From: Octopus bimaculoides
Lineage: Eukaryota
Length of the DNA stretch: 64,000 nt
Reading direction: 5' to 3'
Assembly: GCF_001194135.2 (NCBI RefSeq)
Contig: NC_068990.1
Location: 17,543,825-17,607,824 of the forward strand
This document shows positions 63,188-64,000 of the stretch, in pieces (the first letter of the stretch is position 1; each line of letters opens with the position of its first letter). The notes under the pieces are model-generated. The model searched no databases, was not told where the DNA came from, and worked only from the letters and a program-made list of their open reading frames with translations. Position numbers and translations under genes: made by a program.

Positions 63188-64000
63188 ATTTTAGCCGGAA
63201 GAATGTCTCTAACCCTTTGAATACAAATTCTTGCTTTTCATGAGCTGCATGCAGAACGGTGGAAATAATACATGAAACGAGCTTTCAATTAACAGGGACA
63301 CTTTATTCTTCCGCTAAATAAAATTATAGAGTGAACCAGATTAATACATCACAAAGAATGCTGTCGGTAGAAAATCATACATAATTGTCTTTCAACTCGG
63401 TCGAACTTGGTTACATGAGCTTCAATAGAAACAAAAATAATGTGACACACCTTCCTCAAAACAAACTCTCCCCGCTGAATTAAAGTGAAAAAAATTGTGT
63501 TATTTATTGAAAAAACGAAGCTTAAGCAAGCATTTTTAATTTGCCGCTTTTGGTGGTATCTATTACGCAATGTGCTTGGATACAAGCTCGGTATCCCGCA
63601 TAAAACTAGATCAACCCCAAAACCGGACTCAACTAAGCATTTCAAGGTTTTTTCAACCGTCTTAGGTCATGTAGTAACGCCGTGCGCATGCGTAGAATTA
63701 AACAACCAAACTTTCCCGCTTTAATCTTTCTCTTTTACGGTCGGCCGACCATGAGCATGGACGTGTGCTAAAGCTGTCTCTAAATCTTTCGGACTTACAC
63801 AAGACAGCTCGCTCACAACTACAGAACAACGTCCCAACAACTATGCTCATACACACAGAAGCTGTAACAACAAGAACTAAAGATGTGTTTATATGTTTAC
63901 CACCTGAATAAATGTTGTTTAAGTTGTTTAGTCTGGAGTTCAGCGTTCCGTTATATTTTATAGTAGAAAGTCAGGTATACAATCTAAAGATGTATAACCC

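Overview
AT-rich, intron-rich animal genomic DNA with seven assembly gaps. The interspersed repeats resemble octopus SINE/MITE families as I recall them, so a coleoid cephalopod (probably Octopus) is my inference. One gene dominates: RIF1 (replication-timing regulator / telomere-associated protein) on the + strand. I traced at least 34 coding exons by hand from ATG 8596 to TGA 53657, with GT-AG junctions and consistent phases. About 7.5 kb of CDS is visible (about 2,500 aa); the start of one exon and the end of another lie in N gaps. The protein has the N-terminal HEAT-repeat region, a 2,388-nt disordered-region exon, the GILK/RVSF PP1-docking pair, and the conserved CII and CIII C-terminal subdomains. 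A CCAAT/E2F-like promoter candidate sits near 3.6 kb. Most unusual is a long insert between CII and CIII built from phase-1 exons, including a coding 33-bp minisatellite (SAGAQEKTTEP)n that runs into a gap. There is also a second candidate RVxF motif, a leucine-heptad segment before CIII, and a 150-bp-arm foldback in the adjacent intron. Introns carry many SINEs, TTAA-flanked piggyBac-like MITEs, a Tc1/pogo-type MITE interrupted by a SINE, and an RTE LINE 3' remnant. An internally deleted Gypsy LTR-retrotransposon relic lies at 61.3-63.2 kb on the - strand. I found no evidence of a wholly new multi-gene system; the novelty candidates are lineage-specific features of RIF1.
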